Positions 53,728 to 64,000 of a DNA stretch of 64,000 nt are shown in pieces; within the stretch, counting starts at the first letter, position 1; every line of letters starts with the position of its first letter. Made by a program: the position numbers and the translations under genes. The notes beneath the pieces were generated by a model. That model was not told the origin of the DNA, did no database searches, and saw nothing but the letters and a program-made list of their open reading frames with translations. This DNA comes from Collinsella sp. (GTDB lineage: Bacteria; Actinomycetota; Coriobacteriia; Coriobacteriales; Coriobacteriaceae): NCBI GenBank assembly GCA_018373675.1, contig JAHAGQ010000010.1, positions 1,349 through 65,348 on the forward strand. The letters run 5' to 3'.

Positions 53728-56370
53728 CTACAGCGCGCCGGAACCGGCTTGCATCATGCCGCCGGGGCCCGAGGTCACGCCGCCGCTCACGGGCGCGACG
53801 TTGCCGGTGTGCGGAGCCGCCGGGGCGGTATCGCCACCGAGCGTGCCCGCCGGACGCGGTGCCGGAATCTCGCCCGTGCCGTGACTAAAGACAAACTTGC
53901 CGTCGGCCACATCGCACTGAACGGTATCGCCCTCGCCCCACTCACCGGCCAGCAGTTCCTCGGACAGCGGGTCCTCAATGAGCTTTTGGATGGCACGGCG
54001 CAGCGGACGCGCGCCATTGGTGAGGTCGGTGCCCTCGGCCACAATCTTGTCGTAGGCCGCATCGGTGAGCTTGATGTTCATGCCGTTGGCAATCAGGCGT
54101 TGACGCAGGTCGTCCACCAGCAGGTGCGCGATCTTGGTCAGATTCTCGCCCGAAAGCTTCTGGAACACCACGATGTCGTCGATACGGTTGAGCAGCTCGG
54201 GGCGGAACAGGCGCTTAAGTTCGCCCATCGCACGACCCTTAATCTCGCTCGAGGTAAGACCCTGCTCGCCGGTGGTGCCAAAGCCAACGCTCGCATCCTG
54301 CGCAATCTCGCGGGCGCCCACGTTGGACGTCATGATGATCACGGTGTTGCGGAAGTCAACCGTCTTGCCCTGGCTATCGGTCAGACGACCCTCCTCCAGC
54401 ACCTGCAGCAGGATGTTGAAGATGTCGGGATGCGCCTTCTCGATCTCGTCGAACAGCACGACCGAGTACGGGTGGCGACGAACGGCCTTGGTGAGCTGGC
54501 CGCCCTCGTCGTGACCGACGTAACCCGGAGGGCTACCGATGAGCTTGGAGACCTCGAACTCGCTACCGAACTCGGACATGTCGAAGCTGATGAGTGCATC
54601 CTTGCTGCCAAAGAGGTACTCGGCGAGCGTCTTGGCGAGCTCGGTCTTGCCCGTGCCGGTGGGACCCAGGAAGATAAAGCTGCCGCCGGGGCGACGCGGG
54701 TCCTTGAGCGGCGAACGGCTGCGGCGCACGGCCTTGGCAACTGCCTCGACAGCCTCATCCTGACCGATGATGCGCGTCTTGAGCACGCTTTCGGCTTGCA
54801 GCAGGCGACGGCTCTCGCTCTCGGTAAGCGAGGACACCGGCACGCCCGAAGTCACGGACACGATGTCGGCGATCTGAGAGACATCGATGGTGAGCGGGCT
54901 GGCGTCGAGCTCGGCGGTCCAGGCGGCCTTGGCCTCGGCGAGTTCAATCTCGGCGGCCTTCTGCTGCTCGGTGATCTCGGCGGCCTTGTTCATGTCGTCG
55001 CTCTCGGTGGCCTCCTGCGCGGCGGCCTTGAGCTCCTCTATGCGATGCTCGGCCTCGCGCACCGGCTCGGGCGCGCGATTCGCGGCGATGCGAGCGCGTG
55101 CGCCGGCCTCGTCAATGAGGTCGATGGCCTTATCGGGCAGGAAGCGATCCTGGATGTAGCGGTTGGAAAGGTTCGCGGCGGCCTCGATAGCACCCTGCGT
55201 ATAGCGCACATGGTGGTGCTCCTCGTAGCGCGGCTTGAGCGCGGTCAGGATCTTGACCGTGTCCTCGACGCTCGGCTCCTCGACATCGATGGTCTGGAAG
55301 CGACGCTCGAAGGCCGGATCCTTGGTGAGGTACTTGCGGAATTCCTCGGCCGTGGTGGCGCCGATAATCTGGAAGGCGCCGCGCGCGAGCACGGGCTTGA
55401 GCATGGAGCTCGCGTCGATGGAGCCCTCGGCAGAACCGGCACCGATGATGGTGTGCATCTCATCGATAAACAGGATGACGTCGTCGGCCTCGGTGGCCTC
55501 CTGGATCACGTTCTTGAGGCGCTCCTCAAACTCGCCACGATACTTGGCGCCCGCCACGAGGCCCGGCAGGTCGAGCGTCCAGATATTCTGGTTCATGAGG
55601 TTCTCGGGCACGTTGCCGGCTGCAATCTGCTGAGCCAGGCCCTCGACGATGGCCGTCTTGCCCACGCCGGGGTCGCCCAGAATGAGCGGGTTGTTCTTGG
55701 TGCGGCGCGAAAGAATTTCCATCATACGCTGGACTTCCTTTTCGCGACCGATCACGGGGTCGAGCTCGCCATCGCGCGCCTTCTGCGTGAGGTTGGTCGC
55801 GAACTGCTTAAGCGTATCGGTGCCACTCCCCTTTTGCTGAGAGGCATCCGAGCCGCTAAAGAACGGCAGGCCCGCACCGGGACGACCAGCACCGGCGCCG
55901 GCGAGCGGACGCTTCTTGTCCTGGTCCTTGGCAGTGAGTTTCTCGATAGCCTTTTTGATGGAGGCGGACGACACACCCAGGCGCATGAGGATGTCCATGG
56001 CCATGCCGTTGCCCTCTTCGACGATTCCGATCAGCAAGTGCTCGGTCGACACGTAGGTCTGGTTGTTCTCACGCGCCACGCGGAATGAACGCTCCATCAC
56101 ACTAATGACGAGCGGCGTAAAGGCGAGCTTGGCCGCCTCGGTCTCCTCACTGGGCTCGGGAACCGTGGTCTGGACCTCCTTGAGGGTGTCCATGATGTCG
56201 TCGTAGGAGATATCAAGCGAGCGCAGCGCCTCGGCAGCGATGCCCTCGTCCTCCTTGGCGAGTGCGAGCAGCAGGTGCTCGGTGCCCACCTTATTTGAGT
56301 GCAGATCGAGCGCCTCCTGTTTGGCCATCGACATGACCTTGCGCGCTCGATCGGTAAATCTATCTAACAT
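53728..56370 (-). CDS. clpC: ATP-dependent Clp protease ATP-binding subunit ClpC
   Basis: N-terminal Clp repeats, two AAA+ modules (GDPGVGKT; GPTGTGKT) and a UVR-like linker. Start [13 protein letters not shown] at 56370 with RBS AAGGAAAC. Confidence 0.9.
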   Translation of the reverse strand: MLDRFTDRARKVMSMAKQEALDLHSNKVGTEHLLLALAKEDEGIAAEALRSLDISYDDIMDTLKEVQTTVPEPSEETEAAKLAFTPLVISVMERSFRVARENNQTYVSTEHLLIGIVEEGNGMAMDILMRLGVSSASIKKAIEKLTAKDQDKKRPLAGAGAGRPGAGLPFFSGSDASQQKGSGTDTLKQFATNLTQKARDGELDPVIGREKEVQRMMEILSRRTKNNPLILGDPGVGKTAIVEGLAQQIAAGNVPENLMNQNIWTLDLPGLVAGAKYRGEFEERLKNVIQEATEADDVILFIDEMHTIIGAGSAEGSIDASSMLKPVLARGAFQIIGATTAEEFRKYLTKDPAFERRFQTIDVEEPSVEDTVKILTALKPRYEEHHHVRYTQGAIEAAANLSNRYIQDRFLPDKAIDLIDEAGARARIAANRAPEPVREAEHRIEELKAAAQEATESDDMNKAAEITEQQKAAEIELAEAKAAWTAELDASPLTIDVSQIADIVSVTSGVPVSSLTESESRRLLQAESVLKTRIIGQDEAVEAVAKAVRRSRSPLKDPRRPGGSFIFLGPTGTGKTELAKTLAEYLFGSKDALISFDMSEFGSEFEVSKLIGSPPGYVGHDEGGQLTKAVRRHPYSVVLFDEIEKAHPDIFNILLQVLEEGRLTDSQGKTVDFRNTVIIMTSNVGAREIAQDASVGFGTTGEQGLTSSEIKGRAMGELKRLFRPELLNRIDDIVVFQKLSGENLTKIAHLLVDDLRQRLIANGMNIKLTDAAYDKIVAEGTDLTNGARPLRRAIQKLIEDPLSEELLAGEWGEGDTVQCDVADGKFVFSHGTGEIPAPRPAGTLGGDTAPAAPHTGNVAPVSGGVTSGPGGMMQAGSGAL

Positions 56371-56562
56371 GCTCGTTTCCTTACATGAGTTCATCGAAAT
56401 CAAAACGCCCGCCCGTCGGCGGCGCTTTTGTCTCTTTACCCACAGGTTGTCTATGTTAACAGCTGGAGGAATATCTATAAACCCGGCTCACATGAATGCA
56501 GGTTATGACCGCATCGCGGGACTCACCGCGCGATGCGCGACAGGCGCCCCGCAAGAGAAACC

Positions 56563-57252
56563 CTAGGCGTCTTTCACCACGTCGGGACTCGTCGCACGCG
56601 ATGCGCGATGGGCATCGGCCTCCTCGGAGACGCGTTCGAGCAGCTCGGATGTATCGACGCCCTCGACTTGCGCGACCGTTTCCACCGTCTGCATGGCGAC
56701 CGCCCTCAGGTACGCGCACGCGCTGTCCCCCGGCTGCTCGAGGTCTATCTCCTCGCCGCCCTCCCGGGCAAAGCCGACCGCCATCACAAAGCCCATGATG
56801 CCCGAGACCAGAAAGCCCACCGCAAAGCTCGAATCTGCCTTGAGCTCTTCTCCGTCGGGGTGGACGATCTCTCTCACGCGGTCGATGATGATCGTATGGA
56901 TGCCCTGCACGACCTGCTCGGCGGCACCCGCCCTCATGGTGATGACAATGCGCCGCAGCAGGCAGCGGACGTCGCGCCGGTCGAACGCCGAAAGGTCGCC
57001 CTCGCTCGAAAAATGCCAGAGGGCATCGGTGATGAGCTCGTTATCCTGCAGCAGCTGGGCTATGGCGATGGCGACGAGTTCATCGAAATCGTGAAAATAG
57101 TAGTAAAACGTTCCGCGATTGCACTGGGCGGCGCGGGTCACCTCGCCAACCGACAGCTCGAAGATGCTGTTGTTCTCGATGAGCTCCCAAAACGCCTCGA
57201 TGATACGGGTGCGTGCATCGGGCGCATCGGCGTCCTTACGCGGTCTCGCCAT
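56563..57252 (-). CDS. TetR/AcrR family transcriptional regulator
   Basis: N-terminal HTH (FELSVGEVTRAAQCNRGTFYYYF). Start ambiguous between ATG 57252 and GTG 57261. Overlaps the end of the upstream large gene. Confidence 0.7.
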   Translation of the reverse strand: MARPRKDADAPDARTRIIEAFWELIENNSIFELSVGEVTRAAQCNRGTFYYYFHDFDELVAIAIAQLLQDNELITDALWHFSSEGDLSAFDRRDVRCLLRRIVITMRAGAAEQVVQGIHTIIIDRVREIVHPDGEELKADSSFAVGFLVSGIMGFVMAVGFAREGGEEIDLEQPGDSACAYLRAVAMQTVETVAQVEGVDTSELLERVSEEADAHRASRATSPDVVKDA

Positions 57253-60200
57253 GCGCCTCACCGCACCCCTGCGCCTTGGCGTTCATGATGAGCATCTGAA
57301 GACGGTTCTCCACGTTGGCGAAGCTCACGTCGGGATCGTAGTCGAGCGGCAGGAACTGCGCCGTGGGATACTGCTCCTTGAGCGCATGGATGAGCCCGCG
57401 CCCCACGACATGGTTGGGCAGACACCCGAACGGCTGCAGGATCACGAAGTTGCGGCAGCCGCGCTTGGCGTGCTCGAGGATCTCCGCCGGAATCAGCACG
57501 CCCTCGCCCGCATCGAACGTATGGTGCAGGATCTTATCGCTCGCGCGCACGAGCTCGGGCATGCGCGTCGGCGGCTCGTAGAGCGGGCTCGCCGCGCCCA
57601 GGCGGTCGCAACGGTCGTGCGCGAGCTCGAACAGGTTGTCCGCCGTGGCGTACCAGGCCTTTTCGGGCAGCGACAGGTCGACGTGGAACTCGCGCGACTG
57701 CGCATGCTTGTAGAAATAGGTCTTGCGGATCACGTCGGTCATGCGCGCCTCGATGACCTCGAGCCCGTTGTCCTCGAGGTAGCGCTCAATCTCGTGGTTG
57801 GCGCCGAGATGGAAATTGAGCAGGTACTCGCCCACGATGAGAACGGTCGGATGCGGGTTCGAGCGGTCGTACGGAACGGCGTCCATGATCGCAAGCGCGC
57901 GTTTGAAGCCCGTCGCCTGGCCTCTCAGCCCGGAGCGCTCCATGCCCTCGATAACCTCATCGAGCGCGCGGTCGAACGCAGCGTCCGCCGCGCCCTTCTC
58001 GAGCTCGTAGGGACGGATGCGCCTAAGCATGGCCTCGAGGGCATCGATCATGGGAAGACCGTAGGCGATCTGGATGCTCGGGCCAAGGCCGAGCTTGAAG
58101 CCCGGATGCGCATTGTGGGCATCGACGTCGTCGTTGGTGAGCACCGGGACATAGTCGTATCCCGCGTCGTCGAGCGCGCGGCGCAGCAGGGGCATGTAGT
58201 GCGTCAGGCGGCAGTCGCCGATATACTTGCCAGTCACCACGGCGACGTCGTGCGGGTCGTACTTACCGCTCTCGAGTGCCGCGAGCGCCTCGCCGATCAC
58301 GATTTGCGCGGGGAAGCAGATGTCGTTGTGCACATAGCGTTTGCCCAGGCGGATGGCATCCTCGCGCCCGATATCAAGGGCCTCGGCGCGCACGCCCTGA
58401 TTGCGCATCGCCGCGGTCATGAGCCTGCAGAACGCATGGGAGGTGTTGGGGACCAGCGCGATCTTGTCGTGCCGGTCGCGCTTGGTGTACTTGACCTTAT
58501 ACGGGTCGTCGAGCGGATGGACCGCGTGCACCCGGGCGCCCTCGGCACGCTCCTCCGCGCGACGACGGTTGACCGACTCGATAAACGAACGCACACGAAT
58601 GCCCATGGGACCGGCGACGTCGCTCTCATCGAGCTTGATCATCATCGGAACCTTGGAGCCCATCTCGCCCATCATGCGCGCGATCTCGTCGGTGAGATAC
58701 GCATCGTGGCCGCAGCCGAAGCTGCCCATCTGCACGAGCTCGAGCTCGGGCGTCGATGCGACGATGACCGCGCACGACAGCATGCGCGCATGATAGTTGT
58801 TCACGATGTCGATGCGGCTGTTGGAAAGATCGACGTTGCAGACCCCCGGCACCGCATCGGGCGTCAGCACGGGGATGCCGCGCTCAGAGAAGAGCTTGGG
58901 CAGCCCGTGGTTGACCAGCGGGTCGTTGTGGTACGGGCGCGAAGCGATCACCACCGCGTAGCCGCCGTCCTCGCGCACGTTCTCGAGCACCTGCCTGCCG
59001 CGCAGCTGCAGCTGGTTCTCAAACGTCTCCTGCGCGCGGTCCGCCTGCTCGGTCGCCTTGGCAACCAGGTCGGCATCGATATCGAAGGTCTCCTTGCACC
59101 ACGCCTTGAGCTGGCGGTTTCGGTCGCCCTCGTCGTACCAGTGGAACAGCGGCGTATCGAACGGAACGCCGAAACGCTCCTCCGGGTTATCGGAATTGCG
59201 CATCACGTAGGGGTATCCCTTTACGACGGCGCACATCCACTCGCTGGTAGAGGCGGTGTTTTCGGTGGGCACCGTCGTGATGATGGGCATGAAGATGCGG
59301 TCGACGCCGGCGTCGACGAGATTGCGGATGTGCCCGTGGACGAGCTTGGCCGGGAAGCACACGGTGTCGGATGTGACGTGCGCCAGACCGCGCTCGTACA
59401 TCGCCTTGGTGCTGCGTCCCGAGACGCGCACCTTAAAGCCGAGCGTGCTGAAGAACGTCGACCAGAACGGCATGGTGTCCCAGAACTCGAGCACACGGGG
59501 AATGCCGATCGTGACATCGCGCCCCCCGCAGACGGGAACCGTGGGGTACGACTCGAACAGCAGCTTCTCGCGGTCGACAAAGAGATTGGGGGCAGCCGCG
59601 GTCCGGTCGCGCCCCGTGCCGGGTGCCTGTGCCTCGCAAGCACCCTGCGGACGCAGCTCCTCCGCCGCGGGAACCTCGCGCACGAGCTCATCCCATGAGA
59701 TGGCGCCGCCGCGCGGGCAGCGATTGCCCGTGACGTAAAGCGAGCCGTCGCCAAATGCCACGACCGCGCGCTGGCAGCGGTTGTTGCACCGACGGCAGGT
59801 AACGCCGCCGAACTCGCGATGCTCGAAGCGCTCCACGGCATCGAGCCCGATAAACGACGTGCCGGCGTCGCCCTTGCGGCATTCCTCGCGCGCGAGCAGG
59901 GCGATACCGATAGCGCCCATCAGCCCCGGGTGGGGCGCACGCGTGACGGGTTTGCCCAGATACTGCTCGAATGCGCGCAGCACCGCGTCGTTTCGGAACG
60001 TGCCGCCCTGGACGACGACTTTGTCGCCCAGACGGTTGAGATTTGAAACGCGAATGACCTTGGTGAACACGTTCTCGATAATCGAACGGCAGAGACCGGC
60101 CATGATGTCGCCCGGACCCTTACCGCGCCGCTGCTCGGAAACGACGCTGCTGTTCATGAACACCGTGCAGCGGCTGCCGAGAACGGCGGGGGCTTTGGAC

Positions 60201-61675
60201 GAAAATGCCTCGGTCGCGATATCCTCAACGGCTATTCCGAGGTTTTTGGCAAAACCCTCGAGGAACGAGCCGCAGCCCGCAGAGCACGCCTCGTTGACGA
60301 CGATATCGGTCAGCACGCCGTGGTTGAGCCGGATGGCCTTCATATCCTGTCCGCCGATGTCGAGCACGAAGGTCGCATCGGGAACGCATGCGCACGCGGC
60401 GCGGGCGTGCGCGACCGTCTCGACCGTATGGTAGTCGGCGTGGAACGCGCGCGCGAAAAGCTCCTCGCCGTATCCCGTGGTGCCCACGGCATCGATCGCA
60501 AGCGTGACTCCCGCTGTCTCCCAGCGGTTCTTCAAGCTGACAAGACCCTGTTGGGCGACGTCGAGCGGTCTGCCGTTATTAGACGCGTAGAACGAATCGA
60601 CAAGCTCACCCGCCTCATCGACCAGGGCGAACTTGGTCGTCGTGCTCCCCGAATCGATACCGAGCGCCACACGCACCGTCTCTCCGGGCGCATACGCATC
60701 CGGACCCTTTGCCGGCGTCTCTTTGCCATGGCGTGCCGTAAAATCCGCCTGCTCGGCAGGTGTGGCAAAAAAGGGCTGGGCAAGACGTCCCTCCCCGCTT
60801 GCGGGCGCGACCGTCTCGAGCTTATCCAGCCGGACAAAAGCGTCGGGAAGGTCGATCGGTTGGGACGATGCGAACATGTCGGTCAGCGACAGGGCGGCAC
60901 CGCGCGCGACCATGATCTGCGGATCGCGCGGGACGATAACCTGATCGTCCGATAGATTCAGTTGCTCCCGGAACACGCGGACCAGTGTGGGGTTGTAGGC
61001 GAGCGCACCGCCCTCGAAGATTACCGGCGGCTCGATGTCGATACCCTGGGCCAGACCGCCGATCGTTTGGCGGGCGACCGCGTGAAGCGCCGAAAGCGCC
61101 AGGTCGGTGGTAGGAATGCCCTCGTTGAGCAGCGGCTGGATATCGGTCTTTGCGTACACGCCGCAGCGGCCCGAGACCTCGTGGACGGTCGTTCCCCGGC
61201 TTGCGAGCTGCTCGAACTCGCCCGATTCGGTGCCGACCCCCATGAGCTTTGCCATCTCGTCGATAAATGCACCGGTACCGCCTGCGCACGAGCCGTTCAT
61301 GCGCATGTCGGCAACCTCGATGTCTCCCTTATCGTTGGTGCGGAAGAAGATCATCTTGGCGTCTTGGCCGCCCAGCTCGATGGCGCAGCGCGTCTGCGGA
61401 TAGAACCTGCTGATCGCGAGCGCGTTGGCGACCACCTCCTGAACGTACGAGGCGCCCAGCGCGGTCGCGATATCGCGCGCACCCGAGCCGGTCACCGCAA
61501 CGCGCAGCGACTCATGGGGAAAGCGCTCGGCGAGCTCGCCGAGCATGGCGCGCACGCTCGCTGTCTGACACGCCCCGTGGCGGCGATATCCCCACCACGC
61601 CTCGGTCATATCCTCGTGCATCGCGTAAACTTTGGTCGTCGTCGACCCTACGTCCAGTCCTACTAGCAACGCCAT
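57236..61675 (-). CDS. Large BadF/BcrA/HgdC-type double-ATPase CoA-substrate-specific enzyme activase-like fusion protein
   Basis: 1479 aa. Two ASKHA-type ATPase modules (LGLDVGSTTTKV; LGIDSGSTTTKFALV) are followed by a roughly 900-aa C-terminal region of the 2-hydroxyacyl-CoA-dehydratase-activase-related type. Confidence 0.75.
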   Translation of the reverse strand: MALLVGLDVGSTTTKVYAMHEDMTEAWWGYRRHGACQTASVRAMLGELAERFPHESLRVAVTGSGARDIATALGASYVQEVVANALAISRFYPQTRCAIELGGQDAKMIFFRTNDKGDIEVADMRMNGSCAGGTGAFIDEMAKLMGVGTESGEFEQLASRGTTVHEVSGRCGVYAKTDIQPLLNEGIPTTDLALSALHAVARQTIGGLAQGIDIEPPVIFEGGALAYNPTLVRVFREQLNLSDDQVIVPRDPQIMVARGAALSLTDMFASSQPIDLPDAFVRLDKLETVAPASGEGRLAQPFFATPAEQADFTARHGKETPAKGPDAYAPGETVRVALGIDSGSTTTKFALVDEAGELVDSFYASNNGRPLDVAQQGLVSLKNRWETAGVTLAIDAVGTTGYGEELFARAFHADYHTVETVAHARAACACVPDATFVLDIGGQDMKAIRLNHGVLTDIVVNEACSAGCGSFLEGFAKNLGIAVEDIATEAFSSKAPAVLGSRCTVFMNSSVVSEQRRGKGPGDIMAGLCRSIIENVFTKVIRVSNLNRLGDKVVVQGGTFRNDAVLRAFEQYLGKPVTRAPHPGLMGAIGIALLAREECRKGDAGTSFIGLDAVERFEHREFGGVTCRRCNNRCQRAVVAFGDGSLYVTGNRCPRGGAISWDELVREVPAAEELRPQGACEAQAPGTGRDRTAAAPNLFVDREKLLFESYPTVPVCGGRDVTIGIPRVLEFWDTMPFWSTFFSTLGFKVRVSGRSTKAMYERGLAHVTSDTVCFPAKLVHGHIRNLVDAGVDRIFMPIITTVPTENTASTSEWMCAVVKGYPYVMRNSDNPEERFGVPFDTPLFHWYDEGDRNRQLKAWCKETFDIDADLVAKATEQADRAQETFENQLQLRGRQVLENVREDGGYAVVIASRPYHNDPLVNHGLPKLFSERGIPVLTPDAVPGVCNVDLSNSRIDIVNNYHARMLSCAVIVASTPELELVQMGSFGCGHDAYLTDEIARMMGEMGSKVPMMIKLDESDVAGPMGIRVRSFIESVNRRRAEERAEGARVHAVHPLDDPYKVKYTKRDRHDKIALVPNTSHAFCRLMTAAMRNQGVRAEALDIGREDAIRLGKRYVHNDICFPAQIVIGEALAALESGKYDPHDVAVVTGKYIGDCRLTHYMPLLRRALDDAGYDYVPVLTNDDVDAHNAHPGFKLGLGPSIQIAYGLPMIDALEAMLRRIRPYELEKGAADAAFDRALDEVIEGMERSGLRGQATGFKRALAIMDAVPYDRSNPHPTVLIVGEYLLNFHLGANHEIERYLEDNGLEVIEARMTDVIRKTYFYKHAQSREFHVDLSLPEKAWYATADNLFELAHDRCDRLGAASPLYEPPTRMPELVRASDKILHHTFDAGEGVLIPAEILEHAKRGCRNFVILQPFGCLPNHVVGRGLIHALKEQYPTAQFLPLDYDPDVSFANVENRLQMLIMNAKAQGCGEAHGETA

Positions 61676-61724
61676 AATGCTCCGTCTCTCGCATTTTTCC
61701 TGCTAGAGATATACCACTCTACGT

Positions 61725-61743
61725 AATACAACAGACTGTTGTA
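61725..61743. promoter_or_regulatory. 19-bp perfect palindrome upstream of the activase-TetR operon (candidate TetR operator)
   Basis: ATACAACAG-A-CTGTTGTAT about 50 bp upstream of the start at 61675. Confidence 0.45.
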
Positions 61744-61756
61744 TTTAAACTCCGTA

Positions 61757-61795
61757 TAAAAAGCGGCTGCCGAAACGCTTCAGCAGCCGCCGAAT
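61757..61795 (-). terminator. Terminator downstream of the membrane protein gene
   Basis: GCGGCTGC-cgaaacgcttca-GCAGCCGC with TTTTTA on the minus strand. Confidence 0.5.
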
Positions 61796-61956
61796 GCACC
61801 AACAGATTGTTCTGCGCGCTAGCACGTCGGGCAACGGAGCAGCACGGGCCCTCCGGTCATGCGCACCGCTCACGCCCGCGATGTCGCCGAGAGAGCTATC
61901 CACGCTTAGGGCTCCAACCAAGCAAGTCGCCCGCGCTCAGCAGATCCCTAAGCGAG

Positions 61957-62505
61957 CTACTCGCACTCAGGAGCCATAGCCTGCTCCAAGAGCTCGGCAT
62001 GCTCCTCCTCGAAAACCGTCCCCACAGGGAAGGCGCGACGGAAGACGAAGTGGGAAATCGGACCGGCTACCAAAAGGTTCCACGGCAGCGCCATCACAAA
62101 ATTATGCGGGATGTTGATCATCCAGATCGCGGGCACGGAATACAGGTTCGCAAGGATGCCGCCGGGCATGTGCGTCAGACCCTCGCAGGCACCGTACAGC
62201 GACATGATGATGACCATGGGAACGACCATGCAGGAGCTGACGGCGAGCGTCATGGCAAGTGGCGAGCTCTTGCCCGGCGTGACCAGGAATTTAAAAGCGA
62301 AACCCTTGGCAAGGGGGCTGGCAACAAACCAGTCGCAGCACATGGCAAAAATGTAGGCAACGGGGAAGCCGAGCCACGCGGCGGCAACAACCTCGCCGCT
62401 GATGGCCCCGTGCTGCAGGGCAACGTTGTAGATGCTCATCCAGAGCACCATGCAAAAGCACATGATAAAGGTGAACAGCAGGCTCTCTCGTTTGTTGATA
62501 GGCAT
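61957..62505 (-). CDS. Small hypothetical membrane protein (DUF2798-like)
   Basis: 182 aa from ATG 62505; the track over-extends to 62565. Four hydrophobic helices. No recognised motifs. Confidence 0.5.
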   Translation of the reverse strand: MPINKRESLLFTFIMCFCMVLWMSIYNVALQHGAISGEVVAAAWLGFPVAYIFAMCCDWFVASPLAKGFAFKFLVTPGKSSPLAMTLAVSSCMVVPMVIIMSLYGACEGLTHMPGGILANLYSVPAIWMINIPHNFVMALPWNLLVAGPISHFVFRRAFPVGTVFEEEHAELLEQAMAPECE

Positions 62506-62716
62506 AAAGGACAAAATCCTTTCTGTGTTACGCCGCGGCACCACGCAACAAAAACGGGCGGGCAAGATGGAGCTGTTGGGACTTCATCTCGCCCGCCCGT
62601 GGTACGTGCGTCTGCGACTACTTATGTGGTGGAACTACCCTAACACGAACGGCGCGCGCTTCGTAAGCGTTGAGTTTATGGAGATGCAGGGCACCAATAA
62701 TCCCCCCGACCCCATA

Positions 62717-62783
62717 AGTTGCGGTGGAATACGGACTGTTTTGACCCTTTAAGCAGCAATTCAGTCCCTATTTCACCGCAACT
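62717..62783. repeat. 66-bp palindromic element, copy C
   Basis: AGTTGCGGTGGAATACGGACTG...CAGTCCCTATTTCACCGCAACT. Confidence 0.6.
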
Positions 62784-62790
62784 CATTGGG

Positions 62791-62819
62791 GGTGCAAAGT
62801 ACCCTGTCCTCTTTGCACC
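62791..62819 (-). terminator. Terminator hairpin after the ThrE-like gene with a GGACAGGG loop
   Basis: GGTGCAAAG-taccctgtcct-CTTTGCACC. Confidence 0.5.
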
Positions 62820-62821
62820 AA

Positions 62822-64000
62822 TTAGCTGGTGTGGCGCCAGCGAGGGTCGGTGAGTGTACGTGCTACACCCAGACCAACGGGCAAAAACGCCACGATGAGC
62901 ACTGCACGCACAAACCAACCGAGCATATTGACCGTATCGAAGGTGCACATGTAGTACATCGAGCGATACAGATACAGGCCCGGCACCATAATGACAATTG
63001 ATGGCACCGTGAGGGCGATACGTGGGTAGGTGAGCTTGACTTCGGCCAAACTTGCCAGCAGTCCCGATACCAGCGCGCCGATAAACGCTGCCGCCTCGGG
63101 AGGCATACCTACGCTCAGGCCCAGAAAGGGAAACAGCGTCGGCGCATCGACGAGCGTAAGGCGCAAGGTATTGGACACGGCGCCGATCAGCCCAGCTGCC
63201 GCGGCCATCTTTACCGGGCTGTTGAACATCACCGAGAAGCCGAATACGCCAACGAAGCTCATCACCACGCGCAGGAGCGTAAGGGCAAGCGGCGAAAGGC
63301 CGAGCGGGGCAAAATCATCCGGTGCCAGCCCCACACACTCGGCAACCATCCAGCCCACAAGGGTCGCCATCACAATAATCGACACGGCATACGAAAGACG
63401 CTCAATGCCGCTTCGCATATCGAGCTTAGCGATGTCGAGGCCTGCCGTAATGAGGGGAAAGCCGGGAATCACGAAGAGCATGGCGCCGATATAGCCTTCT
63501 TGGTGCGACATTGCCCCCGGTACGACCTGGCCAAGGCCGAGCAATGCCAGCAGATACGAAACGCAAGCGAGCGCAACGCCCGTCGTCAGCGCGCTAAACT
63601 GGCCAAGACCCTGCTTGAGAATATGGGAGCGGGCAAAGTTACCGACACCAGCGCCTACGAATGCGCAGGCCATCTCGATAGGGCCGCCGCCGAGCAAAAA
63701 GACGAAGGCGCCGCAAGCACAGGCTGCCGCAAGGCCCTGTTGCCAGGGAGCGTAATCGGGCTTTGAGCTCTCAACGGTCCTGAGCATCTCGTGATACTCG
63801 TGCACCGTGAAGCGACGACCATAGGTCTCGATTTCCTTGAGGAAACTCTCCATCATCCAAATGCGATGGGTATTGACTCCCGTTGTGGGCAGGCTGACAA
63901 CCTCGTTAAAGCAGTGGCCATCTTCGATGCAGGTGCACTCAAACGACAGAAGACTCAGGTCGACGTGAATCGTGACGCCCAGTACGGCAGCAACACGATT
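62822..64000 (-). CDS. ThrE/YjjP-YjjB family (DUF1212+DUF3815) putative amino-acid exporter; 5-prime end beyond the window
   Basis: The track ORF starts at 63856, but the reading frame stays open to 64000 (...VAAVLGVTIHVDLSLLSFECTCIEDGHCFNEVVSLPTTGVNTHRIWMMESFLKEIETYGRRFTVHEYHEM). The region is polytopic, with the two-domain architecture of the ThrE family. Confidence 0.65.
   Translation of the reverse strand, partial: NRVAAVLGVTIHVDLSLLSFECTCIEDGHCFNEVVSLPTTGVNTHRIWMMESFLKEIETYGRRFTVHEYHEMLRTVESSKPDYAPWQQGLAAACACGAFVFLLGGGPIEMACAFVGAGVGNFARSHILKQGLGQFSALTTGVALACVSYLLALLGLGQVVPGAMSHQEGYIGAMLFVIPGFPLITAGLDIAKLDMRSGIERLSYAVSIIVMATLVGWMVAECVGLAPDDFAPLGLSPLALTLLRVVMSFVGVFGFSVMFNSPVKMAAAAGLIGAVSNTLRLTLVDAPTLFPFLGLSVGMPPEAAAFIGALVSGLLASLAEVKLTYPRIALTVPSIVIMVPGLYLYRSMYYMCTFDTVNMLGWFVRAVLIVAFLPVGLGVARTLTDPRWRHTS

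Overview
High-GC chromosomal segment, most likely from an Actinobacteria/Coriobacteriia-like genome. It carries three conserved housekeeping blocks. The first is rplJ-rplL-rpoB-rpoC with a partial ECF sigma factor downstream of rpoC (all on the minus strand, 1-11.5 kb). The second is tRNA-Tyr/Thr/Met-tuf-rpmG-tRNA-Trp-secE-nusG-rplK-rplA (36.7-41.2 kb). The third is a Bacillus-like clpC...disA-ispD-ispF-cysS-rlmB-yacP block (43.6-56.4 kb) that lacks radA and instead carries pepD, a hipBA toxin-antitoxin pair and a riboswitch-controlled mntP. Between the ribosomal blocks lie about 25 kb of metabolic and transport genes: an aminotransferase, a deoxyinosine/uracil-DNA glycosylase-like gene, a GH13 enzyme, an MFS transporter, a GH4/RpiR/PTS alpha-glucoside locus, a FeoA-FeoB fusion, an esterase, EIIA-Glc, asnS, an HTH-WYL regulator with an ABC transporter, and MscS. 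No CRISPR array, prophage, integrase or transposase was recognised. The most unusual candidates are: (1) a translationally coupled pair encoding a cytoplasmic ParB/DUF262-like domain fused to a BMP/PnrA-like nucleoside-binding domain, plus a metallophosphoesterase; (2) an rpoC with a roughly 200-aa C-terminal extension that resembles the RNA polymerase alpha-CTD; (3) a tRNA-flanked AT-richer islet with DnaA-box-like 14-mers and three 80-bp tandem repeats, next to a solitary HTH-HipA (YjjJ/HipH-like) kinase; (4) several dispersed structured repeat families (tandem hairpin arrays, a 66-bp palindromic element, and a terminator family sharing a CAAAGGGACAGG motif). Many long plus-strand ORFs that overlap real genes are antisense artefacts of the high GC content. 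The ORF track also over-extends several N-termini, and starts were re-assigned from RBS and domain evidence.
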